A stretch of 64,000 nt of DNA, taken from Ranitomeya imitator (Eukaryota). The DNA lies in the NCBI RefSeq assembly GCF_032444005.1, contig NC_091285.1:7936001-8000000 (forward strand), in the 5' to 3' direction. Positions 62,901 to 64,000 of the stretch are shown one piece after another (the first letter of the stretch is position 1; every line of letters starts with the position of its first letter). Position numbers and translations under genes: made by a program. The notes below the pieces were generated by a model. That model saw only the letters and a program-made list of their open reading frames with translations. It was not told the origin of the DNA and did not search any database.

Positions 62901-64000
62901 TATAGTGAGGGTGCGGGGGGCTCTTATAGTGAGGGTGTGGGTGGCTCTTATAGTGAGGGTGCGGGGGGCTCTTATAGTGAGGGGGTGGGGGGCTCTTATA
63001 GTGAGGGGGTGGGGGGCTCTTATAGTGAGGGTGCGGGGGGCTCTTATAGTGAGGCTGCGGGTGGCTCTTATAGTGAGGGTGCGGGGGGCTCTTATAGTGA
63101 GGGTGCGGGGGGCTCTTATAGTGAGGGTGCGGGGGGCTCTTATAGTGAGGGTGCGGGTGGCTCTTATAGTGAGGGTGCGGGGGGCTCTTATAGTGAGGGG
63201 GCTCTCATAGTGAGGGTGTGGGTGGCTCTTATAGTCAGGCTGTAGGGGGCTCTCATAGTGAGGGTGTGGGTGGCTCTTATAGTGAGGCTGTAGGGGGCTC
63301 TTATAATGAGGGTGCGGGGGGCTCTTATAGTGAGGCTGCGGGCGGCTCTTATAGTGAGGCTGTGGGCGGCTCTTATAGTGAGGGTGCGGGGGGCTCTTAT
63401 AGTGAGGGTGTGGGGGGCTCTTATAGTGAGGCTGTGGGCGGCTCTTATAGTGAGGGTGCGGGGGGCTCTTATAGTGAGGGTGTGGGGGGCTCTTATAGTG
63501 AGGCTGTGGGCGGCTCTTATAGTGAGGGTGCGGGCGGCTCTTATAGTGAGGGTGCGGGGGGCTCTCATAGTGAGGGGGCTCTTATAGTGAGGGTGCGGGG
63601 GGCTCTTATAGTGAGGGTGCGGGGGGCTCTTATAGTGAGGGGGCTCTTATAGTGAGGGTGTGGGGGGCTCTTATAGTGAGGGTGCGGGTGGCTCTTATAG
63701 TGAGGGTGTGGGGGGCTCTAATAGTGAGGGTGGTTCTTATAGTGAGGGTGTGGGGGGCTCTTATAGTGAGGGTGCGGGCGGCTCTTATAGTGAGGCTGTG
63801 GCCGCTCTTATAGTGAGGGTGCGGGTGGCTCTTATAGTGAGGGTGTGGGCGGCTCTTATAGTGAGGGTGCGGGCGGCTCTTATAGTGAGGGTGCGGGGGG
63901 CTCTTACAGTGAGGGTGCGGGGGGCTCTTATAGTGAGGGTGTGGGTGGCTCTTATAGTGAGGGTGTGGGTGGCTCTTATAGTGAGGGTGCGGGGGGCTCT
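41922..64000 (-). repeat. Minisatellite C, inverted copy, more than 22 kb (roughly 900+ units, many variants), running off the window
   Basis: The + strand GGCTCTTATAGTGAGGGTGCGGGG is the reverse complement of the H2B 3' unit. The distal end on the minus strand reads CACTATAAG|CTGCTTC. Confidence 0.96.

Noticed and set aside
41807-64000. GGSYSEGA, ALIVRVRG and PHPHYKS repeat ORFs (extensin- or silk-like)
   Set aside because: Frames switch constantly with unit-length variants, so these are repeat artefacts.

Overview
This is vertebrate DNA, inferred to be amphibian (probably anuran). It is a replication-dependent histone gene locus. Unit 1 (1-16496) carries H1, H3, H4, H2B and H2A, all on the + strand. 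Each has its own promoter and a 3' stem-loop, and the H2B coding body is hidden by a 285-N gap. Unit 2 starts at 16497 as a near-identical repeat but is altered. It has a full-length, two-ORF CR1 LINE with four 126-bp octamer-containing 5' monomers inserted into a minisatellite, an H1 with a premature stop, intact H3 and H4, and then an inverted H2A block. The inverted block runs into a >22-kb minus-strand copy of the H2B 3' repeat, so an H2B gene probably lies beyond 64000. The main unusual observation is that the large tandem arrays behind H1 (33-bp unit) and H2B (24-bp unit) are not generic satellites. They are amplified copies of the histone pre-mRNA 3'-processing signal: the stem 3' arm, the cleavage region and the U7-pairing downstream element (HDE). 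A second observation is a recurring ~50-bp module resembling E2F-CHR-MYB-CCAAT sites, found 4-5 times per unit. All very long ORFs over the repeats are treated as artefacts. All functional statements are hypotheses; no searches were run.
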